Positions 1 through 9,640 of a stretch of DNA of 64,000 nucleotides are shown here, piece after piece. Position 1 is the stretch's first letter. Each line of letters begins with the position of its first letter. The DNA is taken from assembly GCA_902500055.1 (NCBI GenBank), contig GCA_902500055.1_4131.1; one strand, 5' to 3'. Position numbers and translations under genes: made by a program. The notes under the pieces were generated by a model. It was not told the origin of the DNA, made no database searches, and saw only the letters and a list, made by a program, of their open reading frames with translations. Source of the stretch: Escherichia coli (GTDB taxonomy: Bacteria; Pseudomonadota; Gammaproteobacteria; Enterobacterales; Enterobacteriaceae).

Positions 1-266
1 GTACCTTTTTTAACATCACAGACTTCTTCCATCCAATGTGGATTTTCGTTTTTATCAGTGAAGATTTGTTCTGCTTCTTCTTTTGTTTCAGCTAGGACAA
101 TACGATCCCCTTCATCCAAATCACGGATACGATACACTTTCAGTTCTTGTTTCTTCTCAAGAATATTACACAGTTCACGTGCTTTTTCTTCATCGCACTT
201 CCCTTCATTAGCATAAAACCAAATTGCTTTTTTAATAAGGTCACGTTCTTCTTTAGAAAAAGACAT
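1..266 (-). CDS. hypothetical protein (partial, C-terminus outside window)
   Basis: Minus-strand ORF starting MSFSKEERDLIKK at 266 and running off the window start; consensus promoter immediately upstream. Confidence 0.5.
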   Translation of the reverse strand, partial: MSFSKEERDLIKKAIWFYANEGKCDEEKARELCNILEKKQELKVYRIRDLDEGDRIVLAETKEEAEQIFTDKNENPHWMEEVCDVKKG

Positions 267-311
267 AATATTTCCTATCATTTGTTAAAGTGGATTTCGT
301 TTGATATAAAC

Positions 312-339
312 ATTATACAGTACTGATATCTTATGTCAA
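312..339 (-). promoter_or_regulatory. sigma-70-type promoter (TTGACA-N16-TATAAT)
   Basis: Minus strand reads TTGACAtaagatatcagtactgTATAAT; perfect -35 and -10 hexamers. Confidence 0.6.
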
Positions 340-435
340 GTATTAATCACCAAAAATCATCAGATACCCAAACCAACCCACACAGACGACTAAGCTAACA
401 ATACCAAAGACAATCTCTAAAGTCATGTTACATCC

Positions 436-636
436 TTAATCAATGATTTTATATTCACGATGACCATAGAAGCCAGCTTCAAGGATGCGATTACCATCAG
501 CATCTTCCAAGTCCCAGCCACGGGATGTTTCGGCAATAATAGTCATGATGTGACCTCTTGGGAAAATCCCACTCAGAGTGGATACATCCTCAAGTAATTG
601 AACTTTCTTACCAACATTGGAATTCGGTTTAAACAT
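436..636 (-). CDS. hypothetical protein
   Basis: 66 aa ORF, no recognisable motif. Confidence 0.4.
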   Translation of the reverse strand: MFKPNSNVGKKVQLLEDVSTLSGIFPRGHIMTIIAETSRGWDLEDADGNRILEAGFYGHREYKIID

Positions 637-646
637 TTTATTTCCC

Positions 647-829
647 TTATTCGTTGATTACATCAAGTACTTTATCCAGCTTTTTACCAATGCTTTCCTT
701 TGGTTTCTCACCATTCTGGAATACATTAGTACTGCAATACTCAGGACGCGTATTAGGAAACTTCTCGTTCATCCAGGAGTGACCGTAAACACCCAGCATG
801 ATGCCAACGATAAGAATGATAATTTGCAT
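647..829 (-). CDS. hypothetical small membrane protein
   Basis: 60 aa ORF with hydrophobic N-terminus MQIIILIVGIMLGV. Confidence 0.3.
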   Translation of the reverse strand: MQIIILIVGIMLGVYGHSWMNEKFPNTRPEYCSTNVFQNGEKPKESIGKKLDKVLDVINE

Positions 830-844
830 GATAATTTCCTCTGA

Positions 845-1633
845 TTAAATGTTAGTAGTATAGTACTTGATTTCGTTTTGAATTGCAAGTTCTATTTGTT
901 TATTGAAAAGAATTCCAAACTCTTTGATTGATTCACAATCGAATTCAATAGAAAAAGTATACTCTGGTACACGTACATTGTCAATACCCAAATACTCTTT
1001 TATGTAAATTTTAATGAGTTCACATAGTGCAGTACTAAGACATTGAATTTCAAAATGTTTTGCACCTTTGTCAAAATACTTGAATGCATCAATATCACCT
1101 ACAATAAAACTATTCTTTAATGTAGTGAATAGGTTCTCAGGAAACACGGTAATAGGTGACATTGATTTAAGAATGTATGTATCTTTGGCATTCTTAATGT
1201 ACTCAATGAAGCAGTAGTTAACGTCAGGCTCGATTGAACGATCCGCGTTATGATACCAGTGTTTAAACTCACTGTATTCAGCAAACTTATGCTGGCGTAA
1301 TGCGTTACAATCTTCACACAGTGCAGTCATGTTCTCTTTATCATTACCGCCCTGAAGACAGTCCAGTACATTATGGTCTAACGTCATGCGTACAAGGCGT
1401 TTCCCTTTAAGTACATAAGGTCTGAATTTATAACGATCTTTAGTACTGTGCTTGTGTAAAGTGAATACTACATTTGATTCACCGCAACAATCACATTTAA
1501 AGCCATCACGTGACATTACATGAATGAGTTTTCGAGTATTTGGACCAAACTCTGATTTGGTAATGTTACCTACAATTTCTGATGGTTGGTAATATTTTGA
1601 ATTCCGTCGAATCAGTTCATCTATAGTGCTCAT
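845..1633 (-). CDS. HNH endonuclease
   Basis: Cys/His pattern CDCCGES...DHNVLDCLQGGNDKENMTALCEDCN typical of HNH nucleases. Confidence 0.7.
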   Translation of the reverse strand: MSTIDELIRRNSKYYQPSEIVGNITKSEFGPNTRKLIHVMSRDGFKCDCCGESNVVFTLHKHSTKDRYKFRPYVLKGKRLVRMTLDHNVLDCLQGGNDKENMTALCEDCNALRQHKFAEYSEFKHWYHNADRSIEPDVNYCFIEYIKNAKDTYILKSMSPITVFPENLFTTLKNSFIVGDIDAFKYFDKGAKHFEIQCLSTALCELIKIYIKEYLGIDNVRVPEYTFSIEFDCESIKEFGILFNKQIELAIQNEIKYYTTNI

Positions 1634-1634
1634 T

Positions 1635-1865
1635 TTACATTAATCCTTCTATGCTACAACCAATAAGTACTTTTTTAACTTCAACAACTCGTACCAAATA
1701 GAATCCATTTGAAAAGTTAAAACTATACATTTGTACTAAGGCATCTGCTTCAGATTTCGCACGGATACATGATAGATAAATTTCACGTATATCACCATCT
1801 AACGATACTTGTTTCTCTGCATCGATGACAATAGAACGAATCTCAAAACGAACACCATAACTCAT
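1635..1865 (-). CDS. hypothetical protein
   Basis: 76 aa ORF abutting neighbours on the same strand. Confidence 0.4.
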   Translation of the reverse strand: MSYGVRFEIRSIVIDAEKQVSLDGDIREIYLSCIRAKSEADALVQMYSFNFSNGFYLVRVVEVKKVLIGCSIEGLM

Positions 1866-2071
1866 TGAGTTTGTCCTACAATAAGCTTTGTGTTAGTATT
1901 ACTATTGTAACACCACATTTGTTCTTTATTAACTGTAATCCAAATATCTTTGTTTACTTGTTCGTATGTACTATCACGTACTGCTATGCATTGATTCATG
2001 GAATTCATTGGGGTTATTTGTATACCGGAATTAACAGAGAAAGCGACTACTAAAAAGATTACTGAATTCAT
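1862..2071 (-). CDS. hypothetical protein
   Basis: 69 aa ORF with hydrophobic N-terminus. Confidence 0.4.
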   Translation of the reverse strand: MNSVIFLVVAFSVNSGIQITPMNSMNQCIAVRDSTYEQVNKDIWITVNKEQMWCYNSNTNTKLIVGQTQ

Positions 2072-2658
2072 TGGATATTCCTTAATGGTTAATCATCCAT
2101 CTCTTCGAGATGTCTGTTCGCTTCTAATACTACGTATTCTACGCGAATGATTAATAACTGTCAAGGACTTTTAATATTGACGGGATTTGAGGAAGGGATT
2201 TTTCTTCCCCCCCCAAGGAGGGAAATTTGACGCTGATGGTATCAGAGCTATTGCATTGAAGATTACTCATAACGAGTGCGAAAGCGGGTCATCCTGTTTC
2301 TCTCTACTTCAGTTTCATATGACGGTCTACACTTTTAAACATAGTGTATCTTCATTAAGTATCTATGCAATCAAATACTTAATGTGAGTACTCAAATTTT
2401 GGACGCAACTTTCCTGTACAAAATTCGATAACTCTCCCTTAGATAATTCGTAAGGTGTTATCCTTATATGTCTATCAAGGAACCACCAGCTATCCTAACG
2501 TGGTTCTTTATACAGCCGCATTGCCGTGAGGGGTTCAAACTATGCCCACATCTAACGGGTTTCTTTTGCTGTTCGCACTGTCGGACTGCTCAACTGCCCT
2601 CTACGTTTTCGAGTGGATCAGGTACATGAATATCATGCCAACAGAATTGTACAAGATA

Positions 2659-2687
2659 ATTATATCACAAACTTTTACTTCATCCCA
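2659..2687 (-). promoter_or_regulatory. extended -10 promoter candidate
   Basis: Minus strand TGTGATATAAT with poor -35; points into the ORF-free island 2072..2650. Confidence 0.35.
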
Positions 2688-2688
2688 T

Positions 2689-2720
2689 AAAAAAAGGTTG
2701 GCATAAGCCAACCTTTTTTC
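2689..2720 (-). terminator. rho-independent terminator (bidirectional hairpin)
   Basis: ggttggc-ataa-gccaacc stem-loop flanked by A-run and T-run, directly after the sigma gene stop. Confidence 0.7.
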
Positions 2721-2721
2721 T

Positions 2722-3687
2722 TTAGAAATCTTCGTATTCGTACCCTTTTGCAAGTACTAACTTCTTAAGCTTTTGCATAGCTTCACTGTACTTTCGGTGT
2801 ATTGATGAACGGGATTTAACATATTTTCCATTATCATCAACAAAACCATTATCAGCAATCTCACGAAGCGTTTCAGGTTCATATTCACCTAGACCATGAA
2901 CACGCTGGATAATCTCACGTTCTTTAGTACTCAATTCGTTAGTCAGTTCATTGATAGCATAACGTAAAGGTGCACGGATACTATCAACATTGAGGTTAAA
3001 ATCAGAAGCAGGTGAATGAATAATGTCACCTAATGTACCATCTGTAACACCGTCTAATGGTGCATCCAGCGAAGTGTATTCGCTTTGAAATAACAAACAA
3101 TTATTAACATGCTGAATCTCAATCCCAGTACCCTCTGAGATTATTTCAGGAGTTGGGCGAACACCATGTTTACGCATATATTCCTGACAGAATCTTTTTA
3201 CTTTGATCTTATGAACACTCATATAACGTGGGAAGTGTACCATATAGTTAGCGTCAGAACTTTCGTTATAGACTGTCATGTAAATACTAGAAGAAGCATA
3301 GGTAATGAACTTAACATTCTTATTAAGATCAAAGGTTTTTAGTGCTCTCATGAACCCCTCAACACCATATGAAATCTTATCTTCAAATGGGATATAACAA
3401 GTACATTTACTTGCTACATCAATAATCAGTCCATAATTGTAACGAACTAACAGTTCAGTGTTTTTCTTTACATTGATACCAGCTTGAATATCACGAATTA
3501 GATCTTCATTGGAAACATTTGGTGGTCGCTTAAGTGTAATATTATATTTGAAACTGCTTTGTACTTTACCTTCATTTTCATCTTTATCTTCAACGAAATC
3601 TAAGGCTTCTAGTGTGTTGACTTCTTCATTAGCAAAACATTCATCCAGAACTTCTTCGGCAATTGTATTTAAATCAAGCTTTTTCAC
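2722..3687 (-). CDS. RNA polymerase sigma factor, sigma-70 family
   Basis: Region 2-like YGLIIDVASKCTCYIPFEDKISYGVEGFMRALKTFD and region 4-like EREIIQRVHGLGEYEPETLREIADNGFVDDNGKYVKSRSSIHRKYSEAMQKL. Confidence 0.8.
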   Translation of the reverse strand: MKKLDLNTIAEEVLDECFANEEVNTLEALDFVEDKDENEGKVQSSFKYNITLKRPPNVSNEDLIRDIQAGINVKKNTELLVRYNYGLIIDVASKCTCYIPFEDKISYGVEGFMRALKTFDLNKNVKFITYASSSIYMTVYNESSDANYMVHFPRYMSVHKIKVKRFCQEYMRKHGVRPTPEIISEGTGIEIQHVNNCLLFQSEYTSLDAPLDGVTDGTLGDIIHSPASDFNLNVDSIRAPLRYAINELTNELSTKEREIIQRVHGLGEYEPETLREIADNGFVDDNGKYVKSRSSIHRKYSEAMQKLKKLVLAKGYEYEDF

Positions 3688-3708
3688 TTACATCTCCTAA
3701 TGACGAAA

Positions 3709-4206
3709 TCAAAATCGATATACATTAATATTATCATCTGTGAAGCAATCATGGTTATGCACATCCATGAAAGTACTAAACACTTTATCATATAAAGTTG
3801 TATGTTCTTCATGAATAGCAGCATCTACCATGTATTCTCCACCACTTCCCATAAAGAAAGTGTAGTCTTCATGTAGATATTCAAGTTTTTTAATAAACTT
3901 TCCTTTAGTTAAAATCATATGAATAACATAATCTTTAGAAAGAAGCACACAATGGCAACTTAACTTTCTGTCAGGTATAACTGGTACTTTATTAATTAAC
4001 CAATCCAGTACTTTATCAATTTCACTTACTGCCCCACTAGCACTGAATAAACGGTCATGTACATATAAAGTTTTTTGATTAACAACTCCATATTGATATT
4101 TTGGTCTTAGTGGAAAAAAACCAAATAAGTTTCGTGGTATAGTTGACGTAACTCTAGAATCGGTAATCAATAAATTTAATCGTTTATCAATATAAACAGT
4201 TGTCAT
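3709..4206 (-). CDS. hslV: HslV-like Ntn-hydrolase peptidase (proteasome beta-type)
   Basis: N-terminal MTTVYID and motifs LFSASGAVSE and FMGSGGEYMVDAA align with HslV MTTIVSV, AGFAGGTADAF and IGSGGPYAQAAA. Confidence 0.55.
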   Translation of the reverse strand: MTTVYIDKRLNLLITDSRVTSTIPRNLFGFFPLRPKYQYGVVNQKTLYVHDRLFSASGAVSEIDKVLDWLINKVPVIPDRKLSCHCVLLSKDYVIHMILTKGKFIKKLEYLHEDYTFFMGSGGEYMVDAAIHEEHTTLYDKVFSTFMDVHNHDCFTDDNINVYRF

Positions 4207-4207
4207 A

Positions 4208-4627
4208 TTAAACCTTATCTAAGAATTTATCGTATATATAAAATTCTTTATCGGTGAATACATTAATTCTAGTATCGAATCTTTGCATCGTGTTCATATA
4301 CAATGAACTTTTTAAATAAAAATACAAAGCAACAAATTCTGATATATGCATATTCTTTTTATTGTTACATAAATTCTTTAGCATTTTGATGCTATCAAAT
4401 TCTTCTTTATCAAATCTGTACTGGTAAAAATTATATCTATTGAACTGGCACTCATAGATACGAAGTGCCATTATATCAATACATGCTTGCGATTTACAGT
4501 ACTTATTCAATACGTCATAATCACCCGTACATAATGCTACAAAGATTTTATGTGCAAGTGTAGCTTTTCCTTCAATCGTATGATAACCAAAGAACTTAAT
4601 GATTAAGTACTGAAGAAATCTAAACAT
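4208..4627 (-). CDS. hypothetical protein
   Basis: 139 aa ORF in tight minus-strand array. Confidence 0.5.
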   Translation of the reverse strand: MFRFLQYLIIKFFGYHTIEGKATLAHKIFVALCTGDYDVLNKYCKSQACIDIMALRIYECQFNRYNFYQYRFDKEEFDSIKMLKNLCNNKKNMHISEFVALYFYLKSSLYMNTMQRFDTRINVFTDKEFYIYDKFLDKV

Positions 4628-4632
4628 TTTAT

Positions 4633-4893
4633 TTAGAATTTCTCCGAAATTACAAGTGTATCATCATAATCATCAGCAATATCATGAAGAACTTTTAAGT
4701 TACTTTCACCAGAAACGCTTTTTACTTCGTTCAAAAGATAGTTTAGATCAACTTTAGTTACTTTTTCTGAATCAAACACACAGAAAGTTAATTCAGCGTT
4801 TGGACAGATCTTCTTCAGATTATCAGCAACCACTTGTTTGAAGTTGAAAGATGGGGAAGCAACTAGGTTAACTGCAACGAGAATAGATTTCAT
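4633..4893 (-). CDS. hypothetical protein
   Basis: 86 aa ORF. Confidence 0.5.
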   Translation of the reverse strand: MKSILVAVNLVASPSFNFKQVVADNLKKICPNAELTFCVFDSEKVTKVDLNYLLNEVKSVSGESNLKVLHDIADDYDDTLVISEKF

Positions 4894-4967
4894 AATGTTT
4901 TCCTTTCTAGCTGATAATTAAATTAGGAGCACATTGTACTCCATATTATTTGTTATGTCAAATACTT

Positions 4968-5219
4968 TTAGATACCAAGTGCAGTAGATAACTCTTTACG
5001 TTTGTTATATGAATCAGATTCAATCTTACTTTTCTTGTTGAAAAGGGATTCGATATCCTTATAGATTGCTTCGATAGATTTAGTTACTACCCATTCTGAT
5101 TCTTGAAGCATACCTTGGAGTCGTGCGTACTCAACTTTGATAGTACTGCGAAGTTCTTCACAAACTTCTTCATTCTTAATTAGTGCAGCACTAAGTTCTT
5201 TGACCTTATCGATGTTCAT
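4968..5219 (-). CDS. hypothetical protein
   Basis: 83 aa ORF, helical/charged composition. Confidence 0.45.
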   Translation of the reverse strand: MNIDKVKELSAALIKNEEVCEELRSTIKVEYARLQGMLQESEWVVTKSIEAIYKDIESLFNKKSKIESDSYNKRKELSTALGI

Positions 5220-5278
5220 AAGTTCCTTACTCTAATTTGTTTTTAACAAAATAATTATATATAACATACTAAATTATG

Positions 5279-5704
5279 TCAAGTATTTTTAGTACCTTCT
5301 TCTGCCATTTTTGTGATATACCAATTAAGTACTGATTTGTGTACCATAAAAAATGTGAATGCAAATATAGCAATAGCTGCTGATGTAACACTATTAGATA
5401 ATGACCCAAGTTGGATGTTAGTACCTAAAATAACAATAAATGGATACAACACAATCAATCTACTGTAAGGTTCGTCTCCAGTATCACGGAGAAATCCAAG
5501 CCTTTCATGATCAGTATCCATAGTGACAATTGGACAGAACATAAGTGCAGACATAAGAGCAATACCAATTTGTGCTACATTGGAAATTGTAAACCACAAA
5601 GGATTTAAACCATATGAAATATTATTTTCTGTACAGTAGTAACCAAACGAATTGAATGCACAAACTAAAAATACAAAAATACAAATCTTATTATAACCTC
5701 TCAT
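5279..5704 (-). CDS. hypothetical membrane protein
   Basis: Several hydrophobic segments. Confidence 0.5.
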   Translation of the reverse strand: MRGYNKICIFVFLVCAFNSFGYYCTENNISYGLNPLWFTISNVAQIGIALMSALMFCPIVTMDTDHERLGFLRDTGDEPYSRLIVLYPFIVILGTNIQLGSLSNSVTSAAIAIFAFTFFMVHKSVLNWYITKMAEEGTKNT

Positions 5705-6123
5705 TTGTTTAGCTCCGTTAATTTTCGTTTAACTTCTAGATCATGAAATTCATCGGCATATGAGTTTTGAACAGTTCTGATGTATTCCAACATAACAAAC
5801 ATAGTTCCACATACCCATAGATATGTATAGTAATCAAATACAAATGCATATAACATACACGGTACTAAAATGAAAGTGTAAACAAAACTATATCGGGTAG
5901 TTCCAAATACTTTCAGATATAACAAACGTCGATAATCACGGGCAAATGTATTGATGCACACTGAAAATGTAATTAATGTATACCATGAAATACCCTGAAT
6001 TAAACCTGAAACATTTAAAAGTTTATGTTCATCGGAAAACCCCAGTGCATTTAGCACTGGAGCCATAACCCAACCAATAATACTAATAAGAAAAAGATAT
6101 TTTGCATTACTTAGTGTGAACAT
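5701..6123 (-). CDS. hypothetical membrane protein
   Basis: Several hydrophobic segments; 4-nt overlap with downstream gene. Confidence 0.5.
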   Translation of the reverse strand: MFTLSNAKYLFLISIIGWVMAPVLNALGFSDEHKLLNVSGLIQGISWYTLITFSVCINTFARDYRRLLYLKVFGTTRYSFVYTFILVPCMLYAFVFDYYTYLWVCGTMFVMLEYIRTVQNSYADEFHDLEVKRKLTELNK

Positions 6124-6124
6124 A

Positions 6125-6583
6125 TTACTTTAGTCCCCATGCTTTTTTGATTGCATCAACAGAGTTTTGGTCCACTACTTCCTTTTTTTCTGATGTAGTT
6201 TGAAGTTTATTAATTACATATTCCTTTGCATCTTTTTCTATCATAAATTTACCATCAACCAACACACCAAAAACTTTAGAATTTCGGGCTGGATATGGAT
6301 TAATTTCATCAAGAGTACGGACTTTCTTATCAACTATAATGGCTTTGATGTAACCAGTTTCAAGTACTGTTGTAATCACAGTCATTTCAATTGCAACTGG
6401 TGAATCTTCCCAATACGCAATCCATTTAGTAAAGCTACGATCAGGTGAATCTTTTGTGCATTTTAATTTAATTGCACTATTAAAAATGTATTGTTTAAAA
6501 TTGTCATCGACAACTTCACTAATACTCAAATAACCTTCACGCTCTTCTGTGTTACGTTTGAAATTTGTAGCTAATACATCCAT
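6125..6583 (-). CDS. hypothetical protein
   Basis: 152 aa ORF. Confidence 0.5.
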   Translation of the reverse strand: MDVLATNFKRNTEEREGYLSISEVVDDNFKQYIFNSAIKLKCTKDSPDRSFTKWIAYWEDSPVAIEMTVITTVLETGYIKAIIVDKKVRTLDEINPYPARNSKVFGVLVDGKFMIEKDAKEYVINKLQTTSEKKEVVDQNSVDAIKKAWGLK

Positions 6584-6625
6584 TTTCCATCCCCCCTTGG
6601 GTTACTTGGTGTGTTAATTATAATA

Positions 6626-7102
6626 CTAAGAATCTTTGTTGTCAAACTTTTCCCTCAAGTATTTTTCTATTAATCTAATTTGTGTTGGTGGTAAGATAAA
6701 GTAATCGTACATAGATTTACTACCATGTATCGAACAACCTACACTAATACTATAATCATATGGATATAAGTATATTGGGTCTTGTATATCAGGTATGAAA
6801 ACTATTCTTGGTATATTACCATTTCCTATTCTTACTTGGACGTTATCATTATTATTAAGATAATTTCTTATACAGTACTCAATTATACCATTTACTTTAG
6901 AATCATAACCATAATTTTTATATTCAGGAAAAATGAAATAGCGTTCATGGTATAGATATGAGCATAGTAATGCTGGGAAAAAATTCCAAAAACCTTCATG
7001 CTTTGCAATTGTTTGTGCATATTTAAAATGATTAGCATTACTAAAAATATTATACAGCACAAAATACACAAATGGACTAACCAACAACACTATTGTTAAC
7101 AT
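6626..7102 (-). CDS. hypothetical membrane protein
   Basis: Hydrophobic N-terminus MLTIVLLVSPFVYFVLYNIF. Confidence 0.45.
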   Translation of the reverse strand: MLTIVLLVSPFVYFVLYNIFSNANHFKYAQTIAKHEGFWNFFPALLCSYLYHERYFIFPEYKNYGYDSKVNGIIEYCIRNYLNNNDNVQVRIGNGNIPRIVFIPDIQDPIYLYPYDYSISVGCSIHGSKSMYDYFILPPTQIRLIEKYLREKFDNKDS

Positions 7103-7563
7103 CAGAAGCCTCTGTATTTTTCATACACTTCAACGCATTCCATGATTTTGTCATCGTCCATCATATCATAGCCTTGTAGAAATTCTTCTTTATCAACCTT
7201 CCCTGCCATCATATCTGTGTCAGAAATTCTGGAGTCATAGAAGTAATACATATCTTTATAGTACTGGTTTTTGTGCTGCTCAATCTTTACTTTAGCATAT
7301 CCAGCACAAAATGAAGGAGATTTAACAACTTCCCATTTATGCTTCTTGATGGGTTTATCATTAGCATGTTTTTCCCTGTATGTCTGACGATAACGTTCAC
7401 GCATTTCAGGCATGTATTCTTCAGCAGTACGTTTAGGGGGAGTTTTACCAGTCCCAATAGTTTTAATAGTTTGACGTTGTTCTTCTGCGTGTACTGGGGA
7501 AATGAAACATGATGTACCAAACAGTACTGCTACGATAACCATAAAATTCTTAAACATAATCAA
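7102..7563 (-). CDS. hypothetical secreted protein
   Basis: Signal-peptide-like N-terminus MIMFKNFMVIVAVLFGTSCFISPVHA. Confidence 0.55.
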   Translation of the reverse strand: MIMFKNFMVIVAVLFGTSCFISPVHAEEQRQTIKTIGTGKTPPKRTAEEYMPEMRERYRQTYREKHANDKPIKKHKWEVVKSPSFCAGYAKVKIEQHKNQYYKDMYYFYDSRISDTDMMAGKVDKEEFLQGYDMMDDDKIMECVEVYEKYRGF

Positions 7564-7787
7564 ACCTCTTTTACAATAATATCGATTGATACTGGAATTG
7601 CAATTTCACTATTACATGAATATACATCAGCACAGTACTCAATATCTAGCACTTTATAATATTTCTCAAAACCACAAATGGTAAGATTCAACGTTGACCC
7701 AACTGCTGGGAGTACAGGAAATGATAAGAACGCAATTTTAGAATGAAATTCTTCATTGATATCTTGATATACAGTTGCAGTAATCAC
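7560..7787 (-). CDS. hypothetical protein
   Basis: 75 aa ORF, 4-nt overlaps with both neighbours. Confidence 0.4.
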   Translation of the reverse strand: MITATVYQDINEEFHSKIAFLSFPVLPAVGSTLNLTICGFEKYYKVLDIEYCADVYSCNSEIAIPVSIDIIVKEV

Positions 7788-8368
7788 AATGGTAACTCCT
7801 GTAGTGGTTTCATAATACCGAGTACTGGGTGATTTTCAATCATTGGTCGCCCTGGTACACCAGTGAGGATAACTGGGATAGAACTAATATCTTTTACATA
7901 GTTGAATCCCTCAAACGTGAACTCTTGTTTTTTCTCATTATACAATACCCATAGTATTACGTCAGCTTTTTTCTGGATATTTTTTAACTGTCGAGTACTA
8001 ACACATGGTCCAAAGTCAGTCCATGATTTATACTTGATACCTTTTACTTCAATACGAAGGTTGTTTACCTTAATATCACATTCACCGTCACGTGCTTCAT
8101 TTTGGAATGCTGGATCGATATTAAGTTTAATACCAGTATTGTTTTCAATTTCATTAAAAAGTACTAAAGATGCGTGCTCACACACCATACCAACAAAATG
8201 ACTATGTGCATGATTAAAACCATATGGCGATTTACTTGCTGGAGCCAAAAGTTTATATCTTTCTGATTTTTCAATCGCTTTTGCCATAAAGGAATCAGCT
8301 TCATCTTTATATAACTTAACAGTCATTTTTCCATTTTTCAGTACTAATCTATTATCAATAACATTCAT
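7784..8368 (-). CDS. hypothetical protein, possible PD-(D/E)xK nuclease
   Basis: Segment GECDIKVNNLRIEVKG resembles the D...E-x-K catalytic motif; weak. Confidence 0.45.
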   Translation of the reverse strand: MNVIDNRLVLKNGKMTVKLYKDEADSFMAKAIEKSERYKLLAPASKSPYGFNHAHSHFVGMVCEHASLVLFNEIENNTGIKLNIDPAFQNEARDGECDIKVNNLRIEVKGIKYKSWTDFGPCVSTRQLKNIQKKADVILWVLYNEKKQEFTFEGFNYVKDISSIPVILTGVPGRPMIENHPVLGIMKPLQELPL

Positions 8369-8433
8369 AAAAACACCTCATTATTCATTCACTACATGAT
8401 AACACCAAATCATACACCAGTCAAGCTCATTTT

Positions 8434-8460
8434 TTGGATATGCATAATAAATACGTTATA
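8434..8460 (+). promoter_or_regulatory. promoter candidate for plus-strand gene
   Basis: ttggat-N-TATAAT upstream of strong SD ggaggg and ATG at 8485. Confidence 0.35.
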
Positions 8461-8484
8461 ATAATTATACCAATGGAGGGATAA

Positions 8485-9639
8485 ATGTCAAGGTCAATTG
8501 CTGCGGCTGGACGCTATAAGTTTGGTGAATGTGGTTATGTTGTTGATGGTGCAATCCTCAATGATGGAACTAGACTAAAAAATATTAGAATCTATCGCCA
8601 AAGAAGCCATAGATTATATGATTTAGTTGATCCAAGAACTAATATAATATATCGTAAAGTACAAATAACAACTAAAGATAATAAAGGTTATCTATTAAAT
8701 TACAATAAAACTAATGACCAACTATTAAGTGAAATTAATAAAAATTGTTTCTTTGTTCGTGGATATTCTGAAGAGCCACAAGAAACTGATACTGGATTTG
8801 TATATAAATTTATGCTACATAAAACAATTTTAGGTAGTTCACAAACCTTGTATCATATGTATACACCTGAATGTGGTATTATAGATCGTGATATAGATAA
8901 TATTCTCATTTCACCAGTATTTGTTGGTAATGACTCAATTAGTGGTAAATTATTCAACACTGGTTCAGAAATTGATACTAACGGTATGGTAATAACAATC
9001 GTATTACCAGACGGGACAGAATACTTTACTACCCAATTTGTTAATGATGCATTTACAATTCCAGTTGATGTTATCACACAATCAGGGAAAGGTACTGCTA
9101 CACTCACTTCTCCATATTATAACACTAAAGTGGTGGAATTTGATGTTCTTGAAAGTGGTGAGGATATTGATTTTGTTACATCAGTTCTTCTATCCCAATT
9201 TGAACCTGTTTCGGAAGGTGTATTTTCTGCGGTTGTTCCATTTGATGTTCATGATCGTGGACAGTACTTAGCACTTCAAGCATACAGTGGTGACTTATAT
9301 CAAGTTGGTGTAGATCTTTCTGTAGACGCAGAAGGTAATATTACTGTGTATCAAACTGACAATTTACCTGTTTCTTTGAGTATAATCGGAAAAACACTGC
9401 ATACTACTCCTTTCCATAAAGAATATACTTTAAGTGAGTGGGTTCTCGGTGAAGACTCTATGTACTCTATCTCAGTTCCAGTAACTGAACATGGTAAAGC
9501 ACTACCACAAGTTCAATTATATTCTTCAGACAATCATGTAGTTCATAGTGAAATACAAGTGGATGAAGATGATAATGTAATTCTTAAAGTAGTAGAACCG
9601 CTTGACTGCTCAGTCGTAATAGTTGGTTACAACGCATAA
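8485..9639 (+). CDS. hypothetical protein
   Basis: 384 aa plus-strand ORF with good SD, ends at a convergent terminator. Confidence 0.6.
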   Translation: MSRSIAAAGRYKFGECGYVVDGAILNDGTRLKNIRIYRQRSHRLYDLVDPRTNIIYRKVQITTKDNKGYLLNYNKTNDQLLSEINKNCFFVRGYSEEPQETDTGFVYKFMLHKTILGSSQTLYHMYTPECGIIDRDIDNILISPVFVGNDSISGKLFNTGSEIDTNGMVITIVLPDGTEYFTTQFVNDAFTIPVDVITQSGKGTATLTSPYYNTKVVEFDVLESGEDIDFVTSVLLSQFEPVSEGVFSAVVPFDVHDRGQYLALQAYSGDLYQVGVDLSVDAEGNITVYQTDNLPVSLSIIGKTLHTTPFHKEYTLSEWVLGEDSMYSISVPVTEHGKALPQVQLYSSDNHVVHSEIQVDEDDNVILKVVEPLDCSVVIVGYNA

Positions 9640-9640
9640 T

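Noticed and set aside
2187-2387. 66-aa plus-strand ORF inside the GC-elevated island
   Set aside because: No start context, odd composition (GFFFPPQGGKF), opposite to the prevailing transcription direction; more likely non-coding.
845-2720. Group I intron with an embedded HNH homing endonuclease
   Set aside because: The flanking sigma-factor gene is complete with its own terminator, no split exons are evident, and I could not identify conserved P4/P7 core elements by eye.
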